A stretch of DNA of 64,000 nt from Alphaproteobacteria bacterium (GCA_017445475.1 JAFSUB010000001.1:14834-78833), one strand, 5' to 3'; positions 10,262 through 20,746 are shown, counted from the first letter of the stretch. The notes: generated from the sequence alone by a model not told the origin. Numbers and translations: made by a program.

Positions 10262-11398
10262 TTATACAATATCCTTGTCTTGGGCTGCCAAATTGCGTCT
10301 TGTTAAAGCAAGAAGCATACCCATACCGAGTGCGGAGGCAAACAGCGATGAGCCGCCGTATGAAATAAACGGCAGTGTCATACCTTTTGTCGGAATAAGG
10401 TGCAAGGTTGAGGCCATATTGATAATGCTTTGCAATCCAAACAAGGCAGCCAAACCGGAAGAAGCATAAGAAATAAACAAGTTTTTTTCACCAAGCGAAA
10501 GCCTCATTGTGCGAACAACAACCGCGGCAAACAAGACAACAATCAGCAGACACAGCCAAACGCCGAATTCTTCGCCCGCAACCGCAAAAATAAAATCGGT
10601 GTGCGCATCAGGCAAATGCAATTTAACCGTGCCTTCTCCCGGACCGCGCCCCAGCAAATTTCCGTTTTCAAAAGCTTCCAACGATTTTTTAACCTGATAG
10701 CCGAGCTCACCGCCCGAAAACAAAAATTGGTGCACACGTTCGTGAACATGCGGCAGCGTAAAATAAACACCGATGCTGCCAAGCAAACCCAAAACACCCA
10801 AAACGGAAACAATCGTCATCGGCAGACCGGCTAAAAAGAGCTGAAAACCCCAAATAACACTCACGACAATTGTCATACCGAAATCAGGCTGAGCCAAAAG
10901 CATGGCGATTGTTAAAGCATATAATCCGATTGAAAACAAACTTCCCGGAAAATCGGCCGATTTTTTGCTTCCGTCCAAAAGCCACGCCGAAACAACGGCA
11001 AAGGTGGGTTTAAGAAACTCGGACGGTTGCAGTGTAAAGCCCAAAAGCCTGATCCAGCGTGATGAACCTTTTGTGGAATAGCCGGCAAACAGCGTTATAA
11101 ATGTCAAAACAAAAAAGAGCAGATACAACACAATCGATAAGCGCCGAATATTTTTAAGCCGCAGCATAGAAACCGAAAACAAAATAACAAGCGCAATCAA
11201 AATGAAAACAACTTGTTTTTTGATGAAATGATAGTCCGAAAAATGGTTTGTTCTCGCAACGGCAGGACTTGCTGAAAAAACAAGAAAGGCGCCGATGAAA
11301 ATTGTCAGCATTAAAAGCGCAAGCGTGATTTTATCAACCGTCCACCACCAGTTTGCAATTGCGCTTTTGTTTAATCTTGAAAACGTAACCATTGTCAT
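10262..11398 (-). CDS. ftsW: peptidoglycan polymerase/flippase FtsW (SEDS family)
   Basis: 10-TM SEDS protein with conserved LQPSEF and PFISYGGSS blocks. Confidence 0.9.
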   Translation of the reverse strand: MTMVTFSRLNKSAIANWWWTVDKITLALLMLTIFIGAFLVFSASPAVARTNHFSDYHFIKKQVVFILIALVILFSVSMLRLKNIRRLSIVLYLLFFVLTFITLFAGYSTKGSSRWIRLLGFTLQPSEFLKPTFAVVSAWLLDGSKKSADFPGSLFSIGLYALTIAMLLAQPDFGMTIVVSVIWGFQLFLAGLPMTIVSVLGVLGLLGSIGVYFTLPHVHERVHQFLFSGGELGYQVKKSLEAFENGNLLGRGPGEGTVKLHLPDAHTDFIFAVAGEEFGVWLCLLIVVLFAAVVVRTMRLSLGEKNLFISYASSGLAALFGLQSIINMASTLHLIPTKGMTLPFISYGGSSLFASALGMGMLLALTRRNLAAQDKDIV

Positions 11399-11401
11399 GT
11401 C

Positions 11402-12454
11402 CTAAAACTTAATCAAAGAGAGCAGTCCGAGGAAAGCACAAAAAAAGCCGACACTCCAAAAGACAAGCACAACCTTATTTTCGCGCCACCCGCATTGTTC
11501 GAAATGATGATGAATGGGCGCCATCTTAAAAAATCTTTTGCCGGTTTTTTTATACCAAAAAACCTGAATCATCACCGACAAAGTTTCCATCACAAACACA
11601 AACCCGACAATGGCAAGCAAAATTTCCTGCTTTAAGATAACGGCGGTTGTGCCTAAAAGAGCACCTAAGGCAAGCGAGCCGGTGTCTCCCATAAAAACTT
11701 TGGCTTTCGGTGCGTTGTAATATAAAAATCCCAAGCAAGCCCCCGCAACAGAAGCGGCCACAACGCATATTTCAGCGCTTCTTGCGATAAAGGGAAAGTG
11801 AAAACCCTGCGCAATCGGCGTGCCGACAATATAAGCCATAAGAGCAAAAAATGTGAAAGCCAAAACAAGCAAACCACTTGCCAAACCGTCTAAACCGTCG
11901 CTCAAATTAACGGCATTTGACGTTCCTGAAATCACAATCACGGCAAAAGGAATGTAAAGCCACGACAAATTCAAAACAAACCTGAAATAAGGCACATACA
12001 AAATGTTGCTCGAAGCGTTCGGTGTGGCTGCGGTAATAATTGTGGCCACAACAACAGCCGTTAAAAGCTGGAAAAAAAGTTTTGCCTTTGCCGTTAAAGC
12101 ATTCGGTGTTTGTTTTTTGACTTTAATGTAATCGTCGACGAACCCTGTTAAGCCGTAAACAAAAATCACAATCAGAGACACCCAGACAAAGTGATATTTA
12201 ATGTTTGCAAACAAAACAACGGACAACACAGCAGCTGCTAAAATGAGCAAACCGCCCATGGTCGGCGTGCCTTGTTTTGTGAGCAAATGTGACTGCGGCC
12301 CGTCCGAGCGGATAGGCTGGCCGCTGTGTTGCATCTTATGAAGCAAAAAAATAACGGGTTTTCCAAACAGCAAAACAACAAAAAGTGCACACAAAAAGGC
12401 CGCTAAAGCCCTCATAAACACACATCCGTCAGCGCAAAACAGTGATAACAACAT
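11402..12454 (-). CDS. mraY: phospho-N-acetylmuramoyl-pentapeptide transferase
   Basis: MraY motifs KxxTPTMGG, NAVNLSDGLDGLA, MGDTGSLALG. Confidence 0.9.
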   Translation of the reverse strand: MLLSLFCADGCVFMRALAAFLCALFVVLLFGKPVIFLLHKMQHSGQPIRSDGPQSHLLTKQGTPTMGGLLILAAAVLSVVLFANIKYHFVWVSLIVIFVYGLTGFVDDYIKVKKQTPNALTAKAKLFFQLLTAVVVATIITAATPNASSNILYVPYFRFVLNLSWLYIPFAVIVISGTSNAVNLSDGLDGLASGLLVLAFTFFALMAYIVGTPIAQGFHFPFIARSAEICVVAASVAGACLGFLYYNAPKAKVFMGDTGSLALGALLGTTAVILKQEILLAIVGFVFVMETLSVMIQVFWYKKTGKRFFKMAPIHHHFEQCGWRENKVVLVFWSVGFFCAFLGLLSLIKF

Positions 12455-12544
12455 TACAAATCTTCCTTGAAGTTCAAACCAATAATGAAAGAAGATAAGT
12501 CAAAATATTAAAATAAGTCTTAAAATCACCGCTTTTATTTTGAT

Positions 12545-13408
12545 TTAAGAAGCTATTTTTTTATTTTTGTTTGTGAGAATATTAAGAATTTTTGCAAGCT
12601 CTTCTTTTAGGTTTTGGCGCTCAAGAACAACATCAACCATGCCATGCGTTTGCAAATATTCGGCCTGCTGAAAATTTTCGGGCAGTTTTTCTCTGATGGT
12701 TTGCTCAATCACGCGCTGTCCGGCAAACCCGATTAGGCTGTCTTTTTCGGCAATATTCACATCTCCGAGCATGGCAAACGAAGCAGAAACACCACCTGTC
12801 GTCGGGTCTGCCAAAACCGAAATAAAAGGAATACCTTTTTCTTTGAGCAAATGAATGGCAGCAACGGTTCGTGCCATCTGCATCAGTGAAAGAATACCTT
12901 CCTGCATTCTTGCGCCGCCTGAAGATGCAATTGTTACAAACGGTGCTTTGTTTTTCAAAGAAAGTTCTGCGGCCTTAACAATGCCTTCGCCGACAACGGT
13001 TCCCATTGAGCCGCCCATAAATGTAAAATCCATAATGGCACAAACAACATCAACACCGCCGATTTTTCCGGTTGCAATTTTTAAGGCATCTTTGCTTTCG
13101 GCCAATTTCCGATTGGTTTTAAGCCGCTCTGTGTATTTTTGCGAATCGCGAAATTTAAGTGGATCATCTTGCATTAAAGGCAAATCAATAAGCGTATATT
13201 TTTCATCGTCAAAAAGCATTTTGAGGCGCTTGTCGACATAAAGCCGCAGATGATAACCGCATGAAGTGCAAACGTAAAGCGACTTTTTGAGCTCTTTTGA
13301 AAACAACATCTGATTACATTTCGGGCATTTCACCCACATATTGTTTGCAATCTCTTTGGGCGTTGTTTTTTGAATTTTCGGGCGGACAATATTGATAAAC
13401 CAATTCAT
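12545..13408 (-). CDS. accD: acetyl-CoA carboxylase carboxyltransferase beta subunit
   Basis: N-terminal Cys4 zinc finger CPKC...CTSC and carboxyltransferase domain (FMGGSMG). Confidence 0.9.
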   Translation of the reverse strand: MNWFINIVRPKIQKTTPKEIANNMWVKCPKCNQMLFSKELKKSLYVCTSCGYHLRLYVDKRLKMLFDDEKYTLIDLPLMQDDPLKFRDSQKYTERLKTNRKLAESKDALKIATGKIGGVDVVCAIMDFTFMGGSMGTVVGEGIVKAAELSLKNKAPFVTIASSGGARMQEGILSLMQMARTVAAIHLLKEKGIPFISVLADPTTGGVSASFAMLGDVNIAEKDSLIGFAGQRVIEQTIREKLPENFQQAEYLQTHGMVDVVLERQNLKEELAKILNILTNKNKKIAS

Positions 13409-13428
13409 TTTTTTTATCTCGCGTGCGG

Positions 13429-13860
13429 CTATTTTTTCTTGAAAGAAAACAGACTTTTAAACCTGTCTTTCATCATTTTTTTAGCGTCTTCACGTTCTTT
13501 GATTTTGATGTTTTCGAAGTTTTCCCGAAGGTTTGAAAAGTTTGCGCTCAACTTTTCATGTTCTTTGTGCAGTTTTTCATGCTCTTTGTTTAAGAATTTG
13601 TTGTCTTTTTTGTGCTGGCGTAATTTCGAGCGCAACGGTGCGTTTGAAACATATCCGTCGAGTCTGCCGATTAAATAGCCGACAACAAACAAAACAACAA
13701 TCAGCACGCTGGTTGAAATTTTAAGATGAAGATTAAAGGGTTTCAAAACAAATTCGGCAAAATCGCTGTTGATGGCGGCCAAAACAATCACAATCAGAAA
13801 AACGGGCAGTTCAATAAGTGTGCGGATAAAGTTCATTTTTTCCTCCGTTTCAAAGCTCAA
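13429..13860 (-). CDS. LapA-like (DUF1049) inner-membrane protein
   Basis: Two N-terminal TM helices plus charged C-terminus with KEHEKL repeats; immediately downstream of ihfB as is typical for lapA. Confidence 0.55.
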   Translation of the reverse strand: MSFETEEKMNFIRTLIELPVFLIVIVLAAINSDFAEFVLKPFNLHLKISTSVLIVVLFVVGYLIGRLDGYVSNAPLRSKLRQHKKDNKFLNKEHEKLHKEHEKLSANFSNLRENFENIKIKEREDAKKMMKDRFKSLFSFKKK

Positions 13861-14141
13861 ATTTCAGGGTTGAGCATCGCGTGAAGTTCTTTTCCTGTTT
13901 TAAAATGCACGACACGGCGATAAGACAAATCAACCCGTTTGCCTGTTTTGGGGTTTTTGGCTGTTCGAGGCGCTCTTTTCCTCACACAAAAAGAACCGAA
14001 TCCTCTAAATTCGACACGATTTCCTGTGGCAAGTGCCCCCACAATCTCGCCCAAAATAACGGAAACAATTTTTTCAACATCTTTAATTGTCAGATGCGGG
14101 TTCTTTTGGGCAATTTTAACAATCAATTCCGATTTTTTCAA
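13857..14141 (-). CDS. ihfB: integration host factor beta subunit
   Basis: HU/IHF fold with RGFGSF and RAPRTAKNPKTG; matches IHF-beta more closely than HU. Confidence 0.85.
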   Translation of the reverse strand: MKKSELIVKIAQKNPHLTIKDVEKIVSVILGEIVGALATGNRVEFRGFGSFCVRKRAPRTAKNPKTGKRVDLSYRRVVHFKTGKELHAMLNPEI

Positions 14142-14218
14142 TTTTATACCTCGTTCACGAATATGTTGAATATGACTTTATAAATACAGTCTTAAATGTC
14201 AGATTTCCAGCTTTTTTT

Positions 14219-14875
14219 TTATTTTACACAGACATCTGCCGCTTTTAAATAAAGCGGGGAAAGCAAAGAGCTCAAGCCTTTTTCAAAGCGCTCGATGGCA
14301 ACAAGAGCAAGCATTTCAAGGCTTAAGTGCTCTAAATTTTGTGCCTGTCTGATGTTGTCAGACATTGCTTCATTTTCAAATCGCTTCACCGCATTTCCGA
14401 CCAAAGCGACCGTCTTGTTTGAAATATGTGCTTTAATATCTTCTGCAAAAGCCGTTTGATAGGGCAAAACGGTTTTAAGGTTTTCATCATAGTAGCCGAC
14501 ATAAAAATCATCGCGCTTGGTTTCAATGAGAACAACGTTAAGTTCTTGGTTTTTGGGGTTTTGAATTTGGCGTGCATACACATCAAAAGCGTTCACACCC
14601 AAAACCGTCAAATTGTCAAGCGCAAGGTTAAAAGATTTTGCTGCGGCAAGTCCCGAGCGCACGCCCGTAAACGAACCGGGGCCGGTGCAGACGGCCATCA
14701 AATCAAGCTGTGCGGGCTTTAAGTTGTTGCGCTTCAACATTTTTTCAATTTCCACAAGCAAAACCTCGCTTTGCCCGAAATCCATTTTTTGCGAAAACAA
14801 ATCCACCGTTTTTTTATTCTTCAGCAAAGCGATGTTGCAATAGGCTGTTGTAATGTCAAAAGCAATTGTCCACAT
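14219..14875 (-). CDS. tsaB: tRNA t6A biosynthesis protein TsaB (YeaZ)
   Basis: Inactive Kae1/YgjD-like N-terminal domain (AFDITTAYCNIALL...CTGPGSFTGVRSGLAAAK). Confidence 0.8.
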   Translation of the reverse strand: MWTIAFDITTAYCNIALLKNKKTVDLFSQKMDFGQSEVLLVEIEKMLKRNNLKPAQLDLMAVCTGPGSFTGVRSGLAAAKSFNLALDNLTVLGVNAFDVYARQIQNPKNQELNVVLIETKRDDFYVGYYDENLKTVLPYQTAFAEDIKAHISNKTVALVGNAVKRFENEAMSDNIRQAQNLEHLSLEMLALVAIERFEKGLSSLLSPLYLKAADVCVK

Positions 14876-14975
14876 TTTTTGTTCACCGATTTTAAAAATT
14901 CGTTTACGTTGAGCTGTTTATAATATAAATTTTAACAAGTAACAACGATTATTTTTTTAAAAAAGCAAAGCAAAA

Positions 14976-16616
14976 ATGGATTTTGATGTTTTAAGCACCT
15001 TACTTTATATCAGCATCGTCGTGTGTGCCGTGCTTTGCGTTGCGCTCATTGATTTTAGAATTAAATTTTTGCGCCTCAAGCAAAAAAACTATTTTCTAAA
15101 CCGCGACCGCGAACGATATGCCGAAACAATTTATGCTTCAAAAGACGGTTATTTTGCTTTTGTATATCCTGATGAACGAATCAAAGATCCGCGTCAAACG
15201 GTTCGCGAGCGTTGCTCACGAAGGCTTGCCGTTATGCTTGATTTGAAAAACGGCCGCCAGTCTGATTTTGAAGATGTTTTGGAAACCTTATATAAAGATG
15301 ATGCGCGCAAACTTAAAAAATATCTTTCTTTAATGCAGGAAGAGGGAATCGCCTTTGAAGACACGTTTTTCATCAAAAGCGTCAAAAGGCAATGCCGCGT
15401 TTTCGGCAGCCGCATTCACGGGGCAGACGGCAATTTATATTGCGATATGCTGTGGTTTCGCGATTTAAGCGCCGAACTTTTGAAACTGGAAGAACTCGGC
15501 AAAGAACTGAAGGAAAAAAATGAGCGCATTAAAACATTTGAAGATTTGTTTGATAATCTGGGATTTCCGGTTTATCTTCGAGATGAAAAACTTCAAATTG
15601 TCGCTTTCAACAAAAAATATGCCGAATTTTCAAAAAGAGGCAATCAAGAGGCGCAAAGCACGCGCGAAAAAGCAGAATGGGAAAAAGCGGCAGATGAGCT
15701 TTCAAAGGCGGCCATACAAACCAACAAAGCGCAAAAGAAAAATGTGCAAATCGTTTTCAGGGGCGATGTGCGGCGGTTTGAAATTACGGAAGCGCCTTTT
15801 CACAGTGCGGACAGGCTTGATGACATCGGCACGGTGGGCACAATGATTGATATGACGGAACTTGACACCGTGAAACGAACTTTTAAGGTTCACCAAAACG
15901 CCCATCTTGAAGTTTTGTCGTATCTCGGAACGGCATTTGCCATATTCAACCTTAAATCAGAGCTGATTTTTTATAACAAATCGTTTGCGCAGATGTGGCA
16001 TTTGAGCGCGGAAGAGCTGGATAAAAAGCTGTCTTACGCTTCGTTTTTGAACTTAATTTACAGCAAAAGGCTCATCCCTGAGGTCAGAGATTTTAAGGGC
16101 TATAAGCTTCAGGAAGAAAAACTTTTTTCAACTCTGATTGCCCCAAAAGAAAATCTTGTTCATCTGCCCGATGGGCGAACAATCAGGCGCTTTGTGGCAC
16201 AACACCCGAACGGGCTTATTTTTGCTTATGAAGACGTTTCCGACCGTTTGGAAGCTCAAAGAACAATTCACGAGCTGATGACGGTTCAGCAAAACATTTT
16301 GGACGGTCTTGACGAAGCGGTGTTAATTTTCGGTGCCGATCAAAGGCTCAAATATTATAATCCGAGTTATGTTAAGTTGTTTTCGGCAGACAGGTTGAAA
16401 TTGCAAAATTTGCCTGTTGCCGCCGAGGTTTTTGATATGCAAAAATCCCATCTGGAAAATTCGGAAAATTGGGAAGCCTTAAAAAGCCAGATGTTAAGGC
16501 ATATTTTCGAACTTTGCTCAAGCTTTAAACTTGAATACGGCAACGATTGCCTTCTTGAAGTTAAACCCTTTATTTTAGCAGACGAATCGGTTATGGTGTG
16601 CTATATTAAAAGATGA
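14976..16616 (+). CDS. membrane-anchored PAS-like domain protein (no kinase domain)
   Basis: N-terminal TM helix and repeated PAS-like segments; no H-box or HATPase motifs. Confidence 0.4.
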   Translation: MDFDVLSTLLYISIVVCAVLCVALIDFRIKFLRLKQKNYFLNRDRERYAETIYASKDGYFAFVYPDERIKDPRQTVRERCSRRLAVMLDLKNGRQSDFEDVLETLYKDDARKLKKYLSLMQEEGIAFEDTFFIKSVKRQCRVFGSRIHGADGNLYCDMLWFRDLSAELLKLEELGKELKEKNERIKTFEDLFDNLGFPVYLRDEKLQIVAFNKKYAEFSKRGNQEAQSTREKAEWEKAADELSKAAIQTNKAQKKNVQIVFRGDVRRFEITEAPFHSADRLDDIGTVGTMIDMTELDTVKRTFKVHQNAHLEVLSYLGTAFAIFNLKSELIFYNKSFAQMWHLSAEELDKKLSYASFLNLIYSKRLIPEVRDFKGYKLQEEKLFSTLIAPKENLVHLPDGRTIRRFVAQHPNGLIFAYEDVSDRLEAQRTIHELMTVQQNILDGLDEAVLIFGADQRLKYYNPSYVKLFSADRLKLQNLPVAAEVFDMQKSHLENSENWEALKSQMLRHIFELCSSFKLEYGNDCLLEVKPFILADESVMVCYIKR

Positions 16617-17500
16617 AACCGAAGGGGGCTATTTTGAAAGAAGGCGAGCAAACAGCACAAAAAAGACAAGAGGAAAGCTTGAAAAAAGCCAAAGAAAAAG
16701 GCTTTGGAACACGTGGGCGCCTAAGCCTTAAACACAATGCTTTGGAATCAGATCTTTATCGGCAGGAAAAAGAAAAGAAAAACAAAAAAAAGCTCAAGAT
16801 GAAAGAAAAGAAACTGCCGGTAGGGCTTGCAAAAATGCGTTCGAAAATTCGGGAAGTTTATGATGAGGAAGACGAAGCTGAAGACTATTTAGCACACATC
16901 AAACAGCCCAAAGATGAAGATTTAACGCTTTTTGAAGCTTTAACGGAATCCGAAAAAAAGGCCTTAAAGCAAAAAGAGGCGACAGATACGGTCAGAAAAC
17001 AGCAAGATGTCGGCAAAATGGAGGCGCTGACCGTCGCGCACAATTTTGCCAAAGAGGCGGGTGAAAAAGGATTAAACAAAAAGATGGTTGCCTCGGAAAT
17101 GCAGAATGCACTTTTTGAACCGCAAAACACGCAAGAAAGGGTTGTTGAAAAAACAGTTTCCAAAAAACTCGGAATTCGCGGCAAAATAGAGCAGGGGAAA
17201 ATTATTCAAGCGGCGCGCGGCATTAAAAAAATTGAGCAATTCGGCACCAAAAAATCAATAAAGAATCTTGATTCAAAAGACATTATCAAAGTGGGCGAAG
17301 ATAAAATCGACGAGCAAAAACTGGCCAAATTGATTCTCGAAAAATCGGGGCAGAATGTGCAAAAACGCAAGACTCATCTGAAAACAAACGACGATGTGCC
17401 GCTCAAACATCTCAAGGTGAAAACACCAAGCGACAAGCAAAAAGAAGAAAAGAAAAACGAACAACCTCTTTTCAAAGAAAGCAATAATTTCGGCAGATAA
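16613..17500 (+). CDS. hypothetical K/E-rich low-complexity protein
   Basis: 295-aa ORF, very lysine/glutamate-rich; translationally coupled to the upstream gene. Confidence 0.35.
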   Translation: MKPKGAILKEGEQTAQKRQEESLKKAKEKGFGTRGRLSLKHNALESDLYRQEKEKKNKKKLKMKEKKLPVGLAKMRSKIREVYDEEDEAEDYLAHIKQPKDEDLTLFEALTESEKKALKQKEATDTVRKQQDVGKMEALTVAHNFAKEAGEKGLNKKMVASEMQNALFEPQNTQERVVEKTVSKKLGIRGKIEQGKIIQAARGIKKIEQFGTKKSIKNLDSKDIIKVGEDKIDEQKLAKLILEKSGQNVQKRKTHLKTNDDVPLKHLKVKTPSDKQKEEKKNEQPLFKESNNFGR

Positions 17501-17582
17501 ATCATCTCAAAGATTTGACATTTGATAAAAGCTGATTTATTCTACCCTCAAAGCTAACTTTTATCAAACAGAGGAAAATTTT

Positions 17583-17999
17583 ATGGAAACGCAATATTAT
17601 ACACTTGTTGAAAAACAGGATTTTTATGAAATCATCGAAAACAAATACGGTGAGCTTGCCATTTTTATCGATTCCAGACCTGGGACACCCGTTAATCCGG
17701 TGCTCGATTTTGACGGCAAGAAGACAGCGCTTTTAAGACGTGATGACCGTTTGGCCGTCAGACTTGACAACATTGACGTTGAAACCAAAAACATTTTGGC
17801 GGAAAGAGAATTTGTGATGATTGTTGAGCTTAAAGGCGAAGAGGTTGAGCGTGTGTATGGCGTTCCGGTTGAAAATGTTGAGGAAATTGTGTTTAAGGGG
17901 CGCCAGACGAGGGCCGATGAGCTTATCAGAGCAAAAAGCAAAGAAGAAGTCATTGCCTCGTTCGGTGCTGTCAGATCATGGGTTGGCGGCCAAAAATAA
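17583..17999 (+). CDS. hypothetical protein at the position expected for hprK (no Walker A)
   Basis: 138 aa directly upstream of EIIA-Man/HPr; no P-loop, so not an HPr kinase. Confidence 0.4.
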   Translation: METQYYTLVEKQDFYEIIENKYGELAIFIDSRPGTPVNPVLDFDGKKTALLRRDDRLAVRLDNIDVETKNILAEREFVMIVELKGEEVERVYGVPVENVEEIVFKGRQTRADELIRAKSKEEVIASFGAVRSWVGGQK

Positions 18000-18398
18000 A
18001 TGATAGGTTTGGTTTTGGTAACACACGGCGCGATGGCGGCTGAGTTTTTGTCGGCGATGCAATATGTTGTGGGGCCTCAAAAGCAAATTGAGGCGGTTGG
18101 AATTTTTCCAAACGATGACATTCAAAAACGGCGCTCGGAAATACAAGAAAAAGTGCAAAAAGTCGATGCCGGCAATGGTGTGATAGTTTTAACGGATATG
18201 TTCGGCGGCACGCCGTCGAATTTGGCAATTTCGCTTATGGAAAAAGAAAACATCGAGGTTTTGGCAGGGCTTAATCTGCCGATGCTGATTAAACTTTCGA
18301 ATATGCGCCAGAATGCGTCTTTGAAAGAAGCGGCGCGTGCGGCGGAAGATGCCGGTAAGAAATACATCAATCTGGCTTCAAAACTTTTGGGAGAATAA
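18000..18398 (+). CDS. manX: PTS EIIA, mannose family (PTS-Ntr)
   Basis: MIGLVLVTHGAMAAEF with phosphorylatable His; typical alphaproteobacterial EIIA-Man preceding npr. Confidence 0.8.
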   Translation: MIGLVLVTHGAMAAEFLSAMQYVVGPQKQIEAVGIFPNDDIQKRRSEIQEKVQKVDAGNGVIVLTDMFGGTPSNLAISLMEKENIEVLAGLNLPMLIKLSNMRQNASLKEAARAAEDAGKKYINLASKLLGE

Positions 18399-18399
18399 A

Positions 18400-18681
18400 A
18401 TGCCCGCTGAAAGGTTTTGCAAAGACTTGATTATTCAAAACAAAAAAGGTTTGCATGCGCGCGCGGCGGCAGCTTTTGTGAAGTCGATTGAAGATATTGA
18501 TGCCAAAGTTTTTGTTTCAAAAGGCGGACAGACGGTTGGCGGCGATTCGATTATGGGGTTGATGATGCTTGCGGCCTCCGAAGGTTCGACGATTCACCTT
18601 CAAGCCGAAGGAAAAGAGGCGTCAAGAGCGCTTGAAAAGCTCACGCTGCTTATTGATTCAAAATTCGGAGAAGAAGAATAG
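18400..18681 (+). CDS. ptsH: phosphocarrier protein HPr/NPr
   Basis: GLHARAAA active-site His motif and Ser region GGQTVGGDSIMGLMML; ATG at 18400 with GGAGA RBS overlaps the manX stop. Confidence 0.8.
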   Translation: MPAERFCKDLIIQNKKGLHARAAAAFVKSIEDIDAKVFVSKGGQTVGGDSIMGLMMLAASEGSTIHLQAEGKEASRALEKLTLLIDSKFGEEE

Positions 18682-18758
18682 GCACCGTTTCGCTTCTTGA
18701 GTTTTTTGAAAAAAACACATATATTAAAAGAAAATGTTGCAGATAGGAAAATAAGTGT

Positions 18759-20624
18759 ATGAAAATAAATAAAAATTTTTTGATTTGGGCGTTCATATTC
18801 ATCGCATTGTCTTTTTTTGTGAGCATGAGCGGCAACGGTGCGCGCAAAAATTTGCAAGAAAAACTTGCGTTTTCTGATTTTATGAATGAGGCTGAAAACA
18901 AACGCATTGCCGAAGTTACGGTTGTCGGTAACGATGTGTCGGGAAAAAGAACAGACGGCACGGCGTTTTACACCTACACCCCCTATGATCCGACCATGGT
19001 TGAAACGTTGCGCAAGAGCGGCGTTAAGGTTAATGCAAAACCGGTTGACACAAGTTCGTCAACGTTTTGGGGTGTTTTTGTATCGTGGTTTCCGATGCTT
19101 TTGTTGGTTGGTGTGTGGATTTTCTTTATGCGGCAGGCAAATTCCGGCAACAACAAGGCGATGAGCTTTGGAAAATCACGCGCAAGGCTTGTTGAAAATA
19201 CAAAGAAGGTAACTTTTGCCGATGTCGCCGGAGCAGACGAATCAAAGCAAGAGCTTGAAGAGGTGGTTGACTTCTTAAAAGATCCCAAAAAATTTTCGCG
19301 TCTCGGCGGGCGGATTCCGAAGGGTGTTTTGCTTGTGGGACCTCCCGGAACAGGAAAAACGCTTCTTGCTAAGGCCGTTGCGGGCGAGGCGGATGTGCCG
19401 TTTTTTTCAATATCGGGCTCCGACTTTGTCGAAATGTTTGTCGGTGTCGGTGCTTCAAGGGTGCGCGATATGTTTGCCGAGGCAAAGAAAAACGCGCCGT
19501 GTTTGCTCTTTATTGATGAAATTGACGCTGTCGGTCGCCATAGAGGCGCAGGTTTGGGCGGCGGCAACGACGAGCGTGAGCAAACCTTAAACCAACTTCT
19601 TGTTGAGATGGACGGTTTTGAAGAAAACGAAAATATCATCTTAATTGCCGCAACAAACAGGCCCGATGTTTTAGATCCGGCGCTTCTTCGCCCGGGGCGT
19701 TTTGACAGGCAGGTTGTTGTGAACAATCCCGATATTAAAGGCAGAGAAGAAATTTTGAAGGTGCACGTTAAAAAAGTGCCTTTGGCAAAAGACGTTGATT
19801 TGGCTGTTGTTGCGCGCGGAACGCCCGGTTTTTCGGGCGCGGATTTGGCAAATCTTGTTAACGAGGCTGCCTTGCTTGCAGCGCGCAAAGACAAACGCAA
19901 AGTAACGGCGCAAGATTTTGATGAGGCAAAAGACAAGGTTTTGATGGGTAACGAGCGCAAGTCGATGGCAATGGATGAAAAAGAAAAAATGCTAACGGCC
20001 TATCACGAAGCCGGACATGCCATCTGTTCTTTGAATGTTAAGGAAACAGATCCCATTCACAAAGCAACCATCATTCCGCGCGGCAGAGCGCTCGGTATGG
20101 TGCAGCAACTGCCCGAAAAAGACCAATATTCATACACACGTGCAAAAATGCTTTCAAGGCTAATCATCTTAATGGGCGGGAGAGCCGCCGAAGAGCTGAA
20201 ATTCGGTTATGATGCCGTAACTTCAGGCGCATCTTCGGACATCGCCGCGGCAACAAATTTGGCGCGTTCAATGATAACCGAGTGGGGCATGAGTGATTTG
20301 CTCGGGCCGATTCAATATGCCGACAATTCAAGCGAAGTGTTTTTAGGTCGCTCGGTTACGCAAAACAAAAATATGAGCGAAGAAACAGCGAGGCTTGTCG
20401 ATTCGGAAATTAAACGTCTGGTTACCGAGGCGCATGAGGAGGCGCTGAAAATCTTGAAATCAAAGAAAAAAGATTGGGAAACGCTTGCTGAGGCCATGAT
20501 GGAATATGAAACCTTAACGGGTGATGAAATCAACGCGGTGATTAAAGGCGAAAAAATCGATAAAAGCAAAGATGCGCCGGTGAAAGCGGAAAAGCGCACA
20601 CAATCATCTCTGCCGGAAGTTTAG
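18759..20624 (+). CDS. ftsH: ATP-dependent zinc metalloprotease FtsH
   Basis: Two TM helices, AAA Walker [17 protein letters not shown] zinc-binding motif. Confidence 0.95.
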   Translation: MKINKNFLIWAFIFIALSFFVSMSGNGARKNLQEKLAFSDFMNEAENKRIAEVTVVGNDVSGKRTDGTAFYTYTPYDPTMVETLRKSGVKVNAKPVDTSSSTFWGVFVSWFPMLLLVGVWIFFMRQANSGNNKAMSFGKSRARLVENTKKVTFADVAGADESKQELEEVVDFLKDPKKFSRLGGRIPKGVLLVGPPGTGKTLLAKAVAGEADVPFFSISGSDFVEMFVGVGASRVRDMFAEAKKNAPCLLFIDEIDAVGRHRGAGLGGGNDEREQTLNQLLVEMDGFEENENIILIAATNRPDVLDPALLRPGRFDRQVVVNNPDIKGREEILKVHVKKVPLAKDVDLAVVARGTPGFSGADLANLVNEAALLAARKDKRKVTAQDFDEAKDKVLMGNERKSMAMDEKEKMLTAYHEAGHAICSLNVKETDPIHKATIIPRGRALGMVQQLPEKDQYSYTRAKMLSRLIILMGGRAAEELKFGYDAVTSGASSDIAAATNLARSMITEWGMSDLLGPIQYADNSSEVFLGRSVTQNKNMSEETARLVDSEIKRLVTEAHEEALKILKSKKKDWETLAEAMMEYETLTGDEINAVIKGEKIDKSKDAPVKAEKRTQSSLPEV

Positions 20625-20746
20625 CCTAAAACGCAAAAAATCGTGTTACGGTTTTGTGAATATGGCGCGTTTTTAAAAAATATTACTGGACAAAAAGAAA
20701 AATTTGTGCTATCTTTGAGACAATCAAAGACACAAGGAGAACAGAT

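Noticed and set aside
14976-16616. ChvG/ExoS-type sensor histidine kinase (expected upstream of hprK-manX-npr in many alphaproteobacteria)
   Set aside because: No H-box, N-box or G-boxes; only a TM segment plus PAS-like regions. The call is PAS-domain protein, not kinase.
17583-17999. HprK (HPr kinase/phosphorylase) at its usual position upstream of EIIA-Man/HPr
   Set aside because: The 138-aa product has no Walker A/P-loop and no similarity to the HprK catalytic domain.
18983-19960. 325-aa ORF on the minus strand (plus several 60-190-aa antisense ORFs throughout, e.g. 6112..6606, 7384..7905, 27246..27818, 43831..44178)
   Set aside because: Each is fully embedded antisense or out of frame within a well-supported conserved gene (ftsH, ftsZ, ftsA, pnp, aspS). 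Their low-complexity S/A/P-rich translations are typical of antisense frames.
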